Origin: Candidatus Falkowbacteria bacterium GW2011_GWF2_43_32
GTDB lineage: Bacteria > Patescibacteriota > Patescibacteriia > Patescibacteriales > UBA12465
Length of the DNA stretch: 64,000 nt
Reading direction: 5' to 3'
Assembly (NCBI GenBank): GCA_000999715.1
Contig: LCGL01000001.1
Coordinates: 195,139-259,138 of the forward strand
Shown here: positions 38,616 through 48,495 of the stretch, one piece after another
Layout: every line of letters starts with the position of its first letter
Numbering within the stretch: the first letter of the stretch is position 1
Position numbers and translations under genes: made by a program
The notes under the pieces: generated by a model
Told to the model about the DNA's origin: nothing
The model's input: the letters and a program-made list of their open reading frames with translations, nothing else
The model's database searches: none

Positions 38616-41600
38616 TTACTCGTCTTTCTCGCTTTCCTTCAAATCAATGATGATTTCCGGTTTTTCATAAACGAATTTTTCGTCTTTTTTAATCTCTTCG
38701 TCAATTTCCGTCACCACTTCCGAAGCCGGTTGACCGCTCTGACCGCCCAACAATTCCACATTCAAGCCCAAGCCTTTCAATTCGCGAATCAAAACGTTAA
38801 ACGATTCCGGCACATTCAATTTCTCGATTTCTTCGCCTTTGATAATCGCTTCATAGGCCTTGCTGCGCCCCGGCACGTCATCCGATTTGATGGTTAACAT
38901 TTCCTGCAAAGTGTGCGCCGCTCCATAGCCTTCCAAAGCCCAAACTTCCATTTCTCCGAAACGCTGACCGCCGAATTGCGCTTTACCTCCCAAAGGCTGT
39001 TGCGTAATCAAGGAATAAGGTCCGATAGACCGTTGATGGATTTTGTCTTCCACCATGTGATTCAATTTCAAAACATATTTATAACCGACCGTGATATGAT
39101 GATCGTAAGGCAGACCGGTTTTACCGTCATATAAAAGCACCTTGCCGTTTTCCGGCAAACCGGCGGCGCGCAGTTCGCTTTTAATCTGTTCTTCGCTGAT
39201 GCCGTTCAAAGCCGGACTGACGACGCGATAACCGAGTTTCTTGGCGGCAAAACCCAAGTGAGTTTCCAATAACTGCCCGAGGTTCATACGAGAAATAATT
39301 CCCAAAGGAGACAAGATGACGTCAATCGGTGTGCCGTCGGCCATAAAAGGCATATCTTCGGCGGAAACGATTTTGGAAATGACGCCCTTATTGCCGTGCC
39401 GACCGGACATCTTGTCGCCGACCTGAATCTTCCGCAAATTGGCCACGGAAACTTGAATGGATTTCAAAACACCGGCCGATAATTTATCGCCTTCTTCCCG
39501 GGAAAATATTTTGATGTCTACGACTTTACCGTGTTCTCCGTGTTCCAGATACAAAGAAGAGTCGCGGACATCCTTGGCTTTTTCGCCGAAAATAGCGCGC
39601 AACAGTTTTTCTTCGGCCGAAAGAGTCGTTTCGCCTTTAGGCGTAATCTTGCCGACCAAAATGTCGCCGGAAGAAACTTCCGCGCCGATACGAATGATTC
39701 CGTCTTCATCCAAATTTTTCAATTTTTCTTCATTGATATTCGGAATGTCGTTGGTAATCACTTCCGATCCGAGTTTAGTGTCGCGCACGTCAATCGTGTA
39801 ATTTTCAATATGAATGGAAGAATAAATGTCTTCCTTAACCAAGCGTTCGGAAATAATGACGGCGTCTTCGTAATTGAAACCTTCCCAGGTCATAAAAGCC
39901 ACCAAAACATTCCGACCCAAAGACAATTCACCGTTATCGATTGCCGGACCATCCGACAAAATTTGTCCCTTTTTCACTTTTTCGCCCACTTCCACAATCG
40001 GATGCTGATTGATACAAGTGGAAGAATTGGACCGTAAAAATTTATTCAATTGATAAGTGGTAATATCGCCCTTCTTGCCGGTCAATTCAATCAAAGCGGC
40101 ATCGGCTTTGGTAATCACGCCGTCTTCTTTGGCGATTACAATATGACCGCTGTCGCGGGCGGCGCGTTCTTCCACGCCGGTGCCGACCAAAGGCGCTTCG
40201 CTTTTGATTAAAGGCACGGCCTGACGTTGCATGTTGGTGCCCATCAACGATCTTTGCCCGTCATTATGTTCCATGAACGGAATCAAGGAAGTCGCGATGG
40301 AAATAATTTGATTGGCGGCCACCCCGACAAAATCTATCTGGCCGACTTCTTCCATGCCCGGCTGACCGTGTTTCCGAACTTCAAATTTATCAACCATGAA
40401 ATAACCGGACGTATCCGTAGGAATGGTGGAGTCAACCGTAATATATTTTTCTTCTTCAAAAGCGTCCAGATAAACGATGTCGTCGGTAACGCGACTGCCT
40501 TTTTTGTCATGTAAAACTTTCCGATAAGGCGTCTCCAAAAATCCGTAGCTGTTCAGACGCGAATAGCTGGCCAAATGTCCGACCAAACCGATATTCGGTC
40601 CTTCCGGAGTGGCGATCGGACAAATTCTTCCGTAGTGCGTGGAGTGTACGTCGCGAACGTCAAAGCCGGCGCGCTCGCGCGTCAAACCGCCCGGGCCCAT
40701 CGCCGATAAACGTCGCTTATGCTCCAGTTCGGCCAAAGGATTGGTCTGATCCATAAACTGCGACAATTGCGAAGACATGAAAAATTCCCGCACAACACCG
40801 ATAACCGGCCGAGCATTGATTAATTTGGAAGGCGTCAGCGAAGCGACGTCGGAAGTGGACATTCTGTCTTTGATGATGCGCTCCATGCGCGCCAAACCGA
40901 CGCGAAAACGATTTTGAATCAAGCCGCCGATGGCGCGAACGCGACGATTCCCCAAATGATCGATATCGTCCTCCATCTCTTTCGTGATGTTGAGACGGAT
41001 AACTTCTTTAATTATTAAAACCAAATCTTCTTGGCGTAAAATGCGATTTTCTTTTTTATTGGCCGGCAAATTCAAATTAAAACGACGATTAAGCTTATAG
41101 CGACCGACCCGACCGAAATCATAACGGTCAAAACGAAAAAACATGGAATGAATCAGTTGTTTGGCGTTTTCCACGGAAGCCAAATCACCCGGACGAATGC
41201 GACGATAAACTTCCTGCAAGCCCTCCGCTTCATTTTTGGCGGTATCTTTCTCGATCGTCGCCTCAATGAAAGTTTTTTCTTCTTTATTCTTGACGACATC
41301 GACGTCCGCAAATAATTTAATCAACTCCTCGTCGGTTTCGTGACCGAAAGCGCGCAAAAGAGAGGTGATGGCCACCTTGCGTTTACGATCGATTCTCACC
41401 CAAATAACCTTATTTACATCGGTTTCTATTTCCAGCCAAGCGCCGCGATTCGGAATAATTTTCGCTCCGTAGCATTTTTTGCCTTTAATGAATTCAGCGG
41501 TAAACATAACGCCGGCACTGCGGATTAACTGAGAAACAACCACTCTTTCAATGCCGTTGATGATAAAGGTCCCCTTCTCCGTCATCAAAGGAAAATCACC

Positions 41601-41912
41601 GAGAAAAACTTCTTGGTTCAAAGAGCGGCTATTTTTTTTGTTCACCAAACGAGTCTTGACGCGCAAAGGCGCTTCATAAGTAATATTTTTGGCGCGGCTG
41701 TCCGCTTCCGAAAACTTCGGTTCGTCCAAATAGTAATCTTCAAAATATAGCTCCAAATCACGTCCGATAAAATCGGCAATCGGGTTGATCTCGTCAAAGA
41801 GTTCGGTCAAACCTTCTTTTAAAAACCAGTCATAGGAATCCTTCTGGATTTCGATCAAATCCGGCATGGGCATGACCTCTTTCGTCTCTGAGAATGATTT
41901 ACGCTTAAGCAT
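38616..41912 (-). CDS. rpoB: DNA-directed RNA polymerase subunit beta
   Basis: 1098 aa. Contains GTFIINGIERVVVSQL, SQLSQFMDQTNPL and GRHGNKGV. Confidence 0.98.
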   Translation of the reverse strand: MLKRKSFSETKEVMPMPDLIEIQKDSYDWFLKEGLTELFDEINPIADFIGRDLELYFEDYYLDEPKFSEADSRAKNITYEAPLRVKTRLVNKKNSRSLNQEVFLGDFPLMTEKGTFIINGIERVVVSQLIRSAGVMFTAEFIKGKKCYGAKIIPNRGAWLEIETDVNKVIWVRIDRKRKVAITSLLRAFGHETDEELIKLFADVDVVKNKEEKTFIEATIEKDTAKNEAEGLQEVYRRIRPGDLASVENAKQLIHSMFFRFDRYDFGRVGRYKLNRRFNLNLPANKKENRILRQEDLVLIIKEVIRLNITKEMEDDIDHLGNRRVRAIGGLIQNRFRVGLARMERIIKDRMSTSDVASLTPSKLINARPVIGVVREFFMSSQLSQFMDQTNPLAELEHKRRLSAMGPGGLTRERAGFDVRDVHSTHYGRICPIATPEGPNIGLVGHLASYSRLNSYGFLETPYRKVLHDKKGSRVTDDIVYLDAFEEEKYITVDSTIPTDTSGYFMVDKFEVRKHGQPGMEEVGQIDFVGVAANQIISIATSLIPFMEHNDGQRSLMGTNMQRQAVPLIKSEAPLVGTGVEERAARDSGHIVIAKEDGVITKADAALIELTGKKGDITTYQLNKFLRSNSSTCINQHPIVEVGEKVKKGQILSDGPAIDNGELSLGRNVLVAFMTWEGFNYEDAVIISERLVKEDIYSSIHIENYTIDVRDTKLGSEVITNDIPNINEEKLKNLDEDGIIRIGAEVSSGDILVGKITPKGETTLSAEEKLLRAIFGEKAKDVRDSSLYLEHGEHGKVVDIKIFSREEGDKLSAGVLKSIQVSVANLRKIQVGDKMSGRHGNKGVISKIVSAEDMPFMADGTPIDVILSPLGIISRMNLGQLLETHLGFAAKKLGYRVVSPALNGISEEQIKSELRAAGLPENGKVLLYDGKTGLPYDHHITVGYKYVLKLNHMVEDKIHQRSIGPYSLITQQPLGGKAQFGGQRFGEMEVWALEGYGAAHTLQEMLTIKSDDVPGRSKAYEAIIKGEEIEKLNVPESFNVLIRELKGLGLNVELLGGQSGQPASEVVTEIDEEIKKDEKFVYEKPEIIIDLKESEKDE

Positions 41913-42144
41913 AGGACGATAAGTTAAAAGTTATAAAGGGGAAAAATTTTATAAACAAACAAAAAAATAGCGCGAGCAAAGAATGCGGGGAAAAAATCGG
42001 AAAAATAAAAAAAAAGAAGAAAATTAACAAAAAAATCCCAATCCCAAATTGGTTTGAGTTCAAGAAATATTAAATTAATTAGTTTTGTGATATATCACTT
42101 TTTTTTGAAAAAAGTGTTAAGGTAAATTTATAATATTATATTTG

Positions 42145-43578
42145 TTATCTTTTGTCAATACACATTTTATCCACAATAGCCGCGCGAACCTCGCTTCGCT
42201 CGTCCCAGGGAATTTTATGTCCGCCGGCAACGCAAATCGCCTGCTCCGCCCCTTTGCCGGTAAACAGCACTAAATCGCCATTATTGGCTAACGATAGCGC
42301 TTTTTTAATGCCTTCGCGCCGATCTAAAATCTTAAACAAGTTCTTGTTGAGCTCTTTGCCGGCCATTTCCGCCCCCGCGGCCACCTGATTGATAATGACG
42401 GCCGGATCTTCGTCATAGGGATCTTCATTCGTCACCACGACATAAGCGGCTTTTTCCGCGGCCAAACGTCCCAAGATCGCTCGCCGAGCCTGATCGCGAC
42501 CGCCACCCGTCGCCCCCAAAAGATGGATGATGCGATTATGCGACCATAATTTTACAGTTTGATAAAGTTTTTCCACGGCACGCGGTTCAAAAGAATAATC
42601 GACAATGGCCGTAAAATCCTGGCCGGCATCGATAATTTCCAATTTTCCGGCTAAGCCCGTTACTCTTTCCAGGCCGTTTTTTATCTCCGCGGAAGATATA
42701 TTTTGATTGGCTCCGACCGCATAAGCGGCCAACGCGTTGGCGGCGTTGAATTCGCCGAGAAGCCGTAGATTTATTTCCTGACGATTAACGGTCAATTTTG
42801 TTCCGGACGCGTCGGCGAAGGTTTCCCCGCCGGAAATGACCGTAAAATCTTTCACCGCGACGTCGTTGTTCATTTTTTTCAAAAAATAATCGGCGTCAAC
42901 CGCGGCCTTGAAAGAATAAGCCAATTTCGTTTCGCTCCAAAAATTCAAAAAATAATCGGCACTATCGTCATCGCCATTGACGATAATCGTTTTAAAAACA
43001 CGGGTTAGGTCCAATTTTTTAAGTTCACTCGACGGCCTGACTACTTGCCGCAAATCATTAATGTACTTGGTCGCGCCTTTCTTCAAGTGAGCGAATAAGC
43101 GCCCTTTCGCCTCCCGATATTTCTCAAAACTGCCGTGAGACTCGATATGTTCCGGATAAAGCCCGGTAAAAACCAAAACGTCGTAATTGATAAACCGGTG
43201 ACGGAATTGTTTGATGCCTTCGGAGGTCGTTTCTACAATGGCATAACAACAATCGCTTTTAACCATCCGTCGCAAAAATTTTTGAATGAAAAAGCGACCG
43301 GGCATGGTCATCTTTTTATCGTTAAGCCATTCTCGATTACCATCGGAAAAAACGGTCGTGGACGTAAAACCGGTTTTATATCCGGCGGCCGCCAACATCT
43401 TGGCAATCAAATAAACTGTGGAAGTTTTGCCGGCCGTGCCGGTCACGCCGATAACGATTAGGCGGCGACTCGGGAAGCCATAAAATAAAGCCGCCAGCCA
43501 ATTCAACAAAAAATGATAGGCCGGCTGGAGAGCTTTAAAAAATCTTTTGGGAATAAATTTTTTTATAAATTCTAACAT
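42145..43578 (-). CDS. murE: Mur ligase family protein (MurE-like UDP-MurNAc-tripeptide synthetase)
   Basis: 477 aa. Contains the P-loop VIGVTGTAGKTST, VETTSEGIKQFR and VFTGLYPEHIESHG. The amino-acid specificity cannot be determined from the sequence. Confidence 0.75.
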   Translation of the reverse strand: MLEFIKKFIPKRFFKALQPAYHFLLNWLAALFYGFPSRRLIVIGVTGTAGKTSTVYLIAKMLAAAGYKTGFTSTTVFSDGNREWLNDKKMTMPGRFFIQKFLRRMVKSDCCYAIVETTSEGIKQFRHRFINYDVLVFTGLYPEHIESHGSFEKYREAKGRLFAHLKKGATKYINDLRQVVRPSSELKKLDLTRVFKTIIVNGDDDSADYFLNFWSETKLAYSFKAAVDADYFLKKMNNDVAVKDFTVISGGETFADASGTKLTVNRQEINLRLLGEFNAANALAAYAVGANQNISSAEIKNGLERVTGLAGKLEIIDAGQDFTAIVDYSFEPRAVEKLYQTVKLWSHNRIIHLLGATGGGRDQARRAILGRLAAEKAAYVVVTNEDPYDEDPAVIINQVAAGAEMAGKELNKNLFKILDRREGIKKALSLANNGDLVLFTGKGAEQAICVAGGHKIPWDERSEVRAAIVDKMCIDKR

Positions 43579-43583
43579 CCGAT

Positions 43584-46199
43584 TTATTTTGCGAAAAACA
43601 TTTCATCGTCATCGTCCAGCGGCGTTCGTTTGACGGTCGGTTCCGCTTTTTCCGTCGGCGTCGATGGCGCTTCTTCTTCGGCCGCCTCTTCTTCAACAAT
43701 CTCTTCCTCTTCGTCGCTATTTTCCGCCTCGACATTTTCTTCCTCGGCGTTTTCTTCCTCCTCATCTTCTTCTTCAATATTTTCTTCTTCAATATTGTCT
43801 GTCTCTTCCCCGTCGTCTTCATTATCCGCCTCAACGGCCGCGAGCGTCGCCGCCGCGTTCCCGTTCTTAAAAACCAAAGGAGCGTCGTCCTCTTCCTCCT
43901 CGGCGACTTCTTCCTCTTCCAAATAGCTGTCCGGTGCGGCGGCCGCCTGACGATTATGAACCGGCAAAGAGCTGATACCGCCGCCGGCCATGGCTTCATA
44001 TTGTTCGGCGCTGATCATCACTTCCCGCGGCTTGGCGCCGTTAGACGGACCGATAACGCCCGCCTCTTCCAACATATCCAATATTTTGGCGGCGCGACCG
44101 TAACCGATAGACAGGCGACGCTGTAACATGGAAGTGGACGCCTTGCCCGCTCTGACAATTAGCGCTTGCGCTTCTTCAAACAATTCATCCTCGTCGCCAT
44201 GCGTTCCGTCCAAACCGACGCCGGCATTGCCGCTTACCTTCTGGCGATCGGTGATGCCTTCCAAATATTCGGCCGGACCGCTCTTATCTTTAATATAATT
44301 AACGACATCATTAATTTCATTATCGCTCAAATACGCTCCCTGAATTCTTTTCGGTTTGGACAATTCCGCCGCGGTAAACAACATATCGCCTTGGCCCAAT
44401 AATTTTTCCGCTCCCGACGAATCCAAAATGGTTTTGGAGTCGACCAAGGAAGCGACCGAAAAAGCGATGCGCGTCGGCACGTTAGCTTTAATCAAACCGG
44501 TAATGACGTCCACGCTGGGACGTTGAGTCGCCAAAATCAAATGAATGCCGATGGCGCGCGACATCTGCGCCAAGCGAATAATGGCCGCTTCCATTTCTTT
44601 GCCGCTGGTCATCATAAAATCCGCCAACTCGTCTATAATGAAAACGATGTAAGGCAGTTTCTCCGCACTGGCCGCGTTATAAGATTGAATATTTCTTTTA
44701 CCGGCTTTATTCAACACATCATAACGCCGCTCCATTTCGTTCAAACACCATTTCAAAGCGTTGATCGTTTTGTTGACATCGGTGATAACCGGCGTCAACA
44801 GATGCGGAATACCGTTATAAGTCGGCAATTCCACGCGCTTCGGATCAACCATGATAAAACGTAAATCATCGGGATTATTTTGATATAACAAGCTGATGAT
44901 AATCGCATTCAAACAAACCGATTTGCCGGAGTTGGTTGCGCCGGCCACCAACAAATGCGGCATTTTGGTCAAATCGTAAAGCCAAGCCGTGCCGGCAACA
45001 TCTTTTCCCAAAGCGACCAACAGATTATTTTTGCGCGCTTTAAACGCGCCGTCTTCCAAGATTTCTCTGAGACCGACGATCGCTTTCGCCCTGTTCGGCA
45101 CTTCCACGCCAACCAAAGATTTCCCGGGAATCGGCGCCTCGATGCGAATCGGATGCGCGGCCAAAGCCAAACTCAAATCGTTGCTCAAGGTGGTCACGCG
45201 CGACAATTTGACGCCTTCGGCCGGACGAAATGTATATTGCGTCACGGTCGGACCGACTTTGGTTTCTCCCATTTCCACGACAATGCCGAATTTCTCCAAA
45301 GTTTTCTGAATCTTATGCGCGTTAATCTCCGTATCGCCGCCGATGGCTTTGGAAAATTTATTATTCAACAACTCCAACGGCAAATCTATTTTAATCGAAC
45401 GTTGCGGCCAAACGATTTTTTCTTGTTTCTTGGGCAACCCGGAAGGAGGAGACTTTTTGACCGGCAAAACCTCATCCGCTTCGTCCGCCTCGTCTTCCGT
45501 ATCAAGCTTCTCCATCTTGGCCGGCACTTCCCGTTTTTCCCAGGCGCCTAAAATTTCTTCGCGCGCTTCCGCTCCGAAATCGCGTTCCTCGCCAAAATTG
45601 TCTTCCGAAGAAAATAAACTCTTGAAAAATAAAACGAAGGGGCGCGCGATTTTGGCCAACAAACTCTCTCGGCCGACGATCTTATCCAAAGAAGCGTTAA
45701 ATACCAACACTAAAGAAATCAATAACAAGGCCACCAACACCAACACCCCTCCCCAAAAACCGAACAAATAGAAAAACAATCGGCTTAACTGCCAACCGAC
45801 ATAACCGCCGCCCTGACCGAGCCGAACCATTGCCTCCCAATTGATCGGTTTGATGAAAAAATGAAATAAAGTTTGATAAGAAACGAATAATAAAAACAAA
45901 CCGAGATAATCGGTGAAATTCAACGACTTTCTGGTTTTACGGATGAGAATCAAGGCCCAATACAGAAAAAGCAACGGCGCCAACCATTTGCCGAAGCCGA
46001 AAACAAAGGCCAACTCTCTGGATAAAAATTGACCGAAATGACCGGAAAGATTAAAAAGACCAAGCAAACTGATAACTCCCAAGACCGAAATAATCACGAT
46101 AAAAATACTGCGCTTGGCGCGATCGTTTAAATTGAACTCCGGCAAAGTCACATAATCAAAAGGATTGGTATTTTTCTTTTTTCTGGACATAAATCGCAA
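43584..46199 (-). CDS. ftsK: DNA translocase FtsK/SpoIIIE with an acidic C-terminal extension
   Basis: 871 aa. Contains N-terminal TM helices, the Walker A motif GATNSGKS, the Walker B motif VFIIDELAD, and the gamma winged-helix STSMLQRRLSIGYGRAAKILDMLEEAGVIGP. An E/D-rich tail of about 150 aa follows. Confidence 0.95.
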   Translation of the reverse strand: MRFMSRKKKNTNPFDYVTLPEFNLNDRAKRSIFIVIISVLGVISLLGLFNLSGHFGQFLSRELAFVFGFGKWLAPLLFLYWALILIRKTRKSLNFTDYLGLFLLFVSYQTLFHFFIKPINWEAMVRLGQGGGYVGWQLSRLFFYLFGFWGGVLVLVALLLISLVLVFNASLDKIVGRESLLAKIARPFVLFFKSLFSSEDNFGEERDFGAEAREEILGAWEKREVPAKMEKLDTEDEADEADEVLPVKKSPPSGLPKKQEKIVWPQRSIKIDLPLELLNNKFSKAIGGDTEINAHKIQKTLEKFGIVVEMGETKVGPTVTQYTFRPAEGVKLSRVTTLSNDLSLALAAHPIRIEAPIPGKSLVGVEVPNRAKAIVGLREILEDGAFKARKNNLLVALGKDVAGTAWLYDLTKMPHLLVAGATNSGKSVCLNAIIISLLYQNNPDDLRFIMVDPKRVELPTYNGIPHLLTPVITDVNKTINALKWCLNEMERRYDVLNKAGKRNIQSYNAASAEKLPYIVFIIDELADFMMTSGKEMEAAIIRLAQMSRAIGIHLILATQRPSVDVITGLIKANVPTRIAFSVASLVDSKTILDSSGAEKLLGQGDMLFTAAELSKPKRIQGAYLSDNEINDVVNYIKDKSGPAEYLEGITDRQKVSGNAGVGLDGTHGDEDELFEEAQALIVRAGKASTSMLQRRLSIGYGRAAKILDMLEEAGVIGPSNGAKPREVMISAEQYEAMAGGGISSLPVHNRQAAAAPDSYLEEEEVAEEEEDDAPLVFKNGNAAATLAAVEADNEDDGEETDNIEEENIEEEDEEEENAEEENVEAENSDEEEEIVEEEAAEEEAPSTPTEKAEPTVKRTPLDDDDEMFFAK

Positions 46200-46288
46200 A
46201 ATAGACTCTTAAATAAGGCTAAGCACATTATAACATATCGGCCGGATAAGCAGTAAGCCGCAATTTATCGGCCGAGCGACGGACTTGA

Positions 46289-47311
46289 TCACAATTTTAA
46301 ATTATTTTTTACTTTCTTCAACAATTCTTCCGCCCGTTCTTCATTATGGCCGAATTTTAAAAACCAATAAATCGCCGTTCTCATCGCCATCCAATTATAA
46401 TATAAATCGATCCGGGCTTGCAGTTCGGCGGTCAGCGACCGTCCGGAAATCGCCAAATAAGTATCAAGAAATAATTTTCGCATTTCCGCGCTAGCAAATT
46501 TCAGTTCATCTTTTTTATCCAGTTTATATTCCAGTTGCTGTAAAAACGTTCCTAAATCGCGAGCAAAGTCGCCCAAGCAAAAATCCGTAAAATCAATCAA
46601 GCCGATTTTGCCGATGCCGGTTCTGATAATATTTTCCGGATGGGCGTCGCCATGAATCAAGGTCAAAGAATTTCGGGAAAGAAAAAATTTTTCTTCCGCG
46701 GCAATAAAAAAACTGTAAATTTCAGATAAATCGGCGTTATATTTGTTCTGATAGCGCTCCGCCATTTCTCTAAAAATAAATTCCGTTCCGGGAATGACGG
46801 TTTTGATGCGAGAATTCAGAAAATTAAAATTTGCTTCCGGATTGGCCGGCAAAGCGTGCAGACGGGCAAAAAGACCGGCGGCGGCGATAATGATTTTTTT
46901 CACCTCGGAAAACTTTCTTTTCCGAATGTAATATAAAAGGTTGTTCCCTTTCACGGCCCGATAAAAAGTGCCGTTAAAATGCGCGGAATAAAATAAAGGT
47001 TTGGGAATATTGACGGCGCCGTTGGGAAATTTCTGCTTCCAAAGATACTGCAAACAAAGATGGACGTTTTGCCGCGGTTCACTGCTATGAGCCGAGCAAA
47101 CGAGAGGAACTTTCGTTTCTCGACCGTCGCCTTTGACAAAATAAACGTCAAAACCGATCACGACATGATAAGTCGTCTCCCAAATCATATTTTTATACGG
47201 CTTGATTTTGATCCGATTGATAGCGACAAATTTCGGATATAAAGGCAAAACTTCACGCGTAAACAAGTCCCGCACGAACTCAACGTCAAAAAGAGATTTG
47301 ATCTTGTTCAT
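46289..47311 (-). CDS. APH-family (aminoglycoside phosphotransferase-like) small-molecule kinase
   Basis: Contains Brenner motif LIHGDAHPENII and GLIDFTDFCLGDFARDLG. The start was set to the Met at 47311 (MNKIKSLF), which gives an ATGA overlap with the upstream GH57 stop. The track start is 47350. Confidence 0.75.
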   Translation of the reverse strand: MNKIKSLFDVEFVRDLFTREVLPLYPKFVAINRIKIKPYKNMIWETTYHVVIGFDVYFVKGDGRETKVPLVCSAHSSEPRQNVHLCLQYLWKQKFPNGAVNIPKPLFYSAHFNGTFYRAVKGNNLLYYIRKRKFSEVKKIIIAAAGLFARLHALPANPEANFNFLNSRIKTVIPGTEFIFREMAERYQNKYNADLSEIYSFFIAAEEKFFLSRNSLTLIHGDAHPENIIRTGIGKIGLIDFTDFCLGDFARDLGTFLQQLEYKLDKKDELKFASAEMRKLFLDTYLAISGRSLTAELQARIDLYYNWMAMRTAIYWFLKFGHNEERAEELLKKVKNNLKL

Positions 47312-48492
47312 ATGATTTTCTGCCAATATTTTTTCCAATGTTCTTCCCAAATCAATTTCTTGGTCCGCAGATAATATTTTTCCGCCTCCAATTTTATTTT
47401 TTTTGTCTTAGGGTCGGCAAGCGAACGAAGAGAGCGAATCAAGTCTTCCAGACCCCGCTCGATATCGTCCGGACTCCAGGCATAGGGACCGAAAACTTTG
47501 GAAAAATCTCGGCCGCTTGCCCACCAGAAAGTGCAACTGGCCAAACCGCGAATCAAATGCCAACGATACCAAAAAAAGTTTTTATCATTTTTGAATTTCC
47601 GGCCCGTCTCCAGAGATAAATTAGCCAACTTCCAAAGATTCGTCTGAATCTTATTGCTTTTATCCAACCATAAACGAAAAGGTCGGCCGCTCTTGACTTC
47701 CGCGACGCTGGACTCCCAGGAAGACGGCCACAATTTTATTTTTTCCGTTTTGTTTTTTTCGATTGATTTAAGAAAGGCGGACACGGTTAAAGTCTTCAGC
47801 TCTTTGATCTTCGCGACTTTCTCCAATTCCGCGGTCGGATCTTCATGACGCAAGCCATACAATTCCGCATCCGTGGCGGTAAGCAAAGTTTGCGTGCCGG
47901 CCGGAGTTTTTTTAAAAATAGCCTGCAGCTTATCCGGCGGATAACCGTTGGACAAGGCCCGATCCCGAAAGATAACTTTCAAACCGGTCGCTTCATCCGC
48001 ATAAGGGCGCTGAATATCCGGCCGACGACCGGAGGCGCCGCTGTAAGCGATTTCATCCAAAATAATCCAACGATACCCCAATCGCTTGATGATTTTAGCC
48101 ACCGTCGGACTATAAGCCATCTCCGGCAAAAAGAATCCGGTCGGCTTAAAATTTTTGCCGAAACATTTTTTCAAAATCTTTTCATTGGTCTTGATCTGAC
48201 GGACGATTTCTTCTTCCGACAAAAGCGGTAAAAATCCGTGATAAGCGGCCGAACCGGTTAATTCCAAGCGGCCTTTCTTGACCAAAAATTTCAAATGATC
48301 GATAAACTTCGATTCTTTTTCTTCCAACAGTCGTTCCAAAAGACAGCCGCTGACATTGACGGTAAAACGTAAATCAGGATGTTCCTCCGCCCATCTGATC
48401 AAACGCCAATAACTTTTATCCAGGGCTTTGCGGATATCATGAAAATCGGCGTTGGCCGGCTGATAAAAATGTAAAAAATTAAGCCACAACAT
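47308..48492 (-). CDS. Glycoside hydrolase family 57 alpha-glucan-active enzyme
   Basis: 394 aa. GH57-like conserved regions are LHFYQP, LELTGSAAYHGFLPL, FFLPEMAY and TATDAELYG. Confidence 0.8.
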   Translation of the reverse strand: MLWLNFLHFYQPANADFHDIRKALDKSYWRLIRWAEEHPDLRFTVNVSGCLLERLLEEKESKFIDHLKFLVKKGRLELTGSAAYHGFLPLLSEEEIVRQIKTNEKILKKCFGKNFKPTGFFLPEMAYSPTVAKIIKRLGYRWIILDEIAYSGASGRRPDIQRPYADEATGLKVIFRDRALSNGYPPDKLQAIFKKTPAGTQTLLTATDAELYGLRHEDPTAELEKVAKIKELKTLTVSAFLKSIEKNKTEKIKLWPSSWESSVAEVKSGRPFRLWLDKSNKIQTNLWKLANLSLETGRKFKNDKNFFWYRWHLIRGLASCTFWWASGRDFSKVFGPYAWSPDDIERGLEDLIRSLRSLADPKTKKIKLEAEKYYLRTKKLIWEEHWKKYWQKII

Positions 48493-48495
48493 AAA

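Noticed and set aside
43535-43999. A K/R-rich 154-aa minus-strand ORF and Ser-rich plus-strand ORFs (43630..43926 and 43664..43870) at the ftsK 3' end.
   Set aside because: They are alternative-frame or antisense readings of the GAA/GAG-rich DNA that encodes the FtsK acidic tail. They are pure low-complexity sequence.
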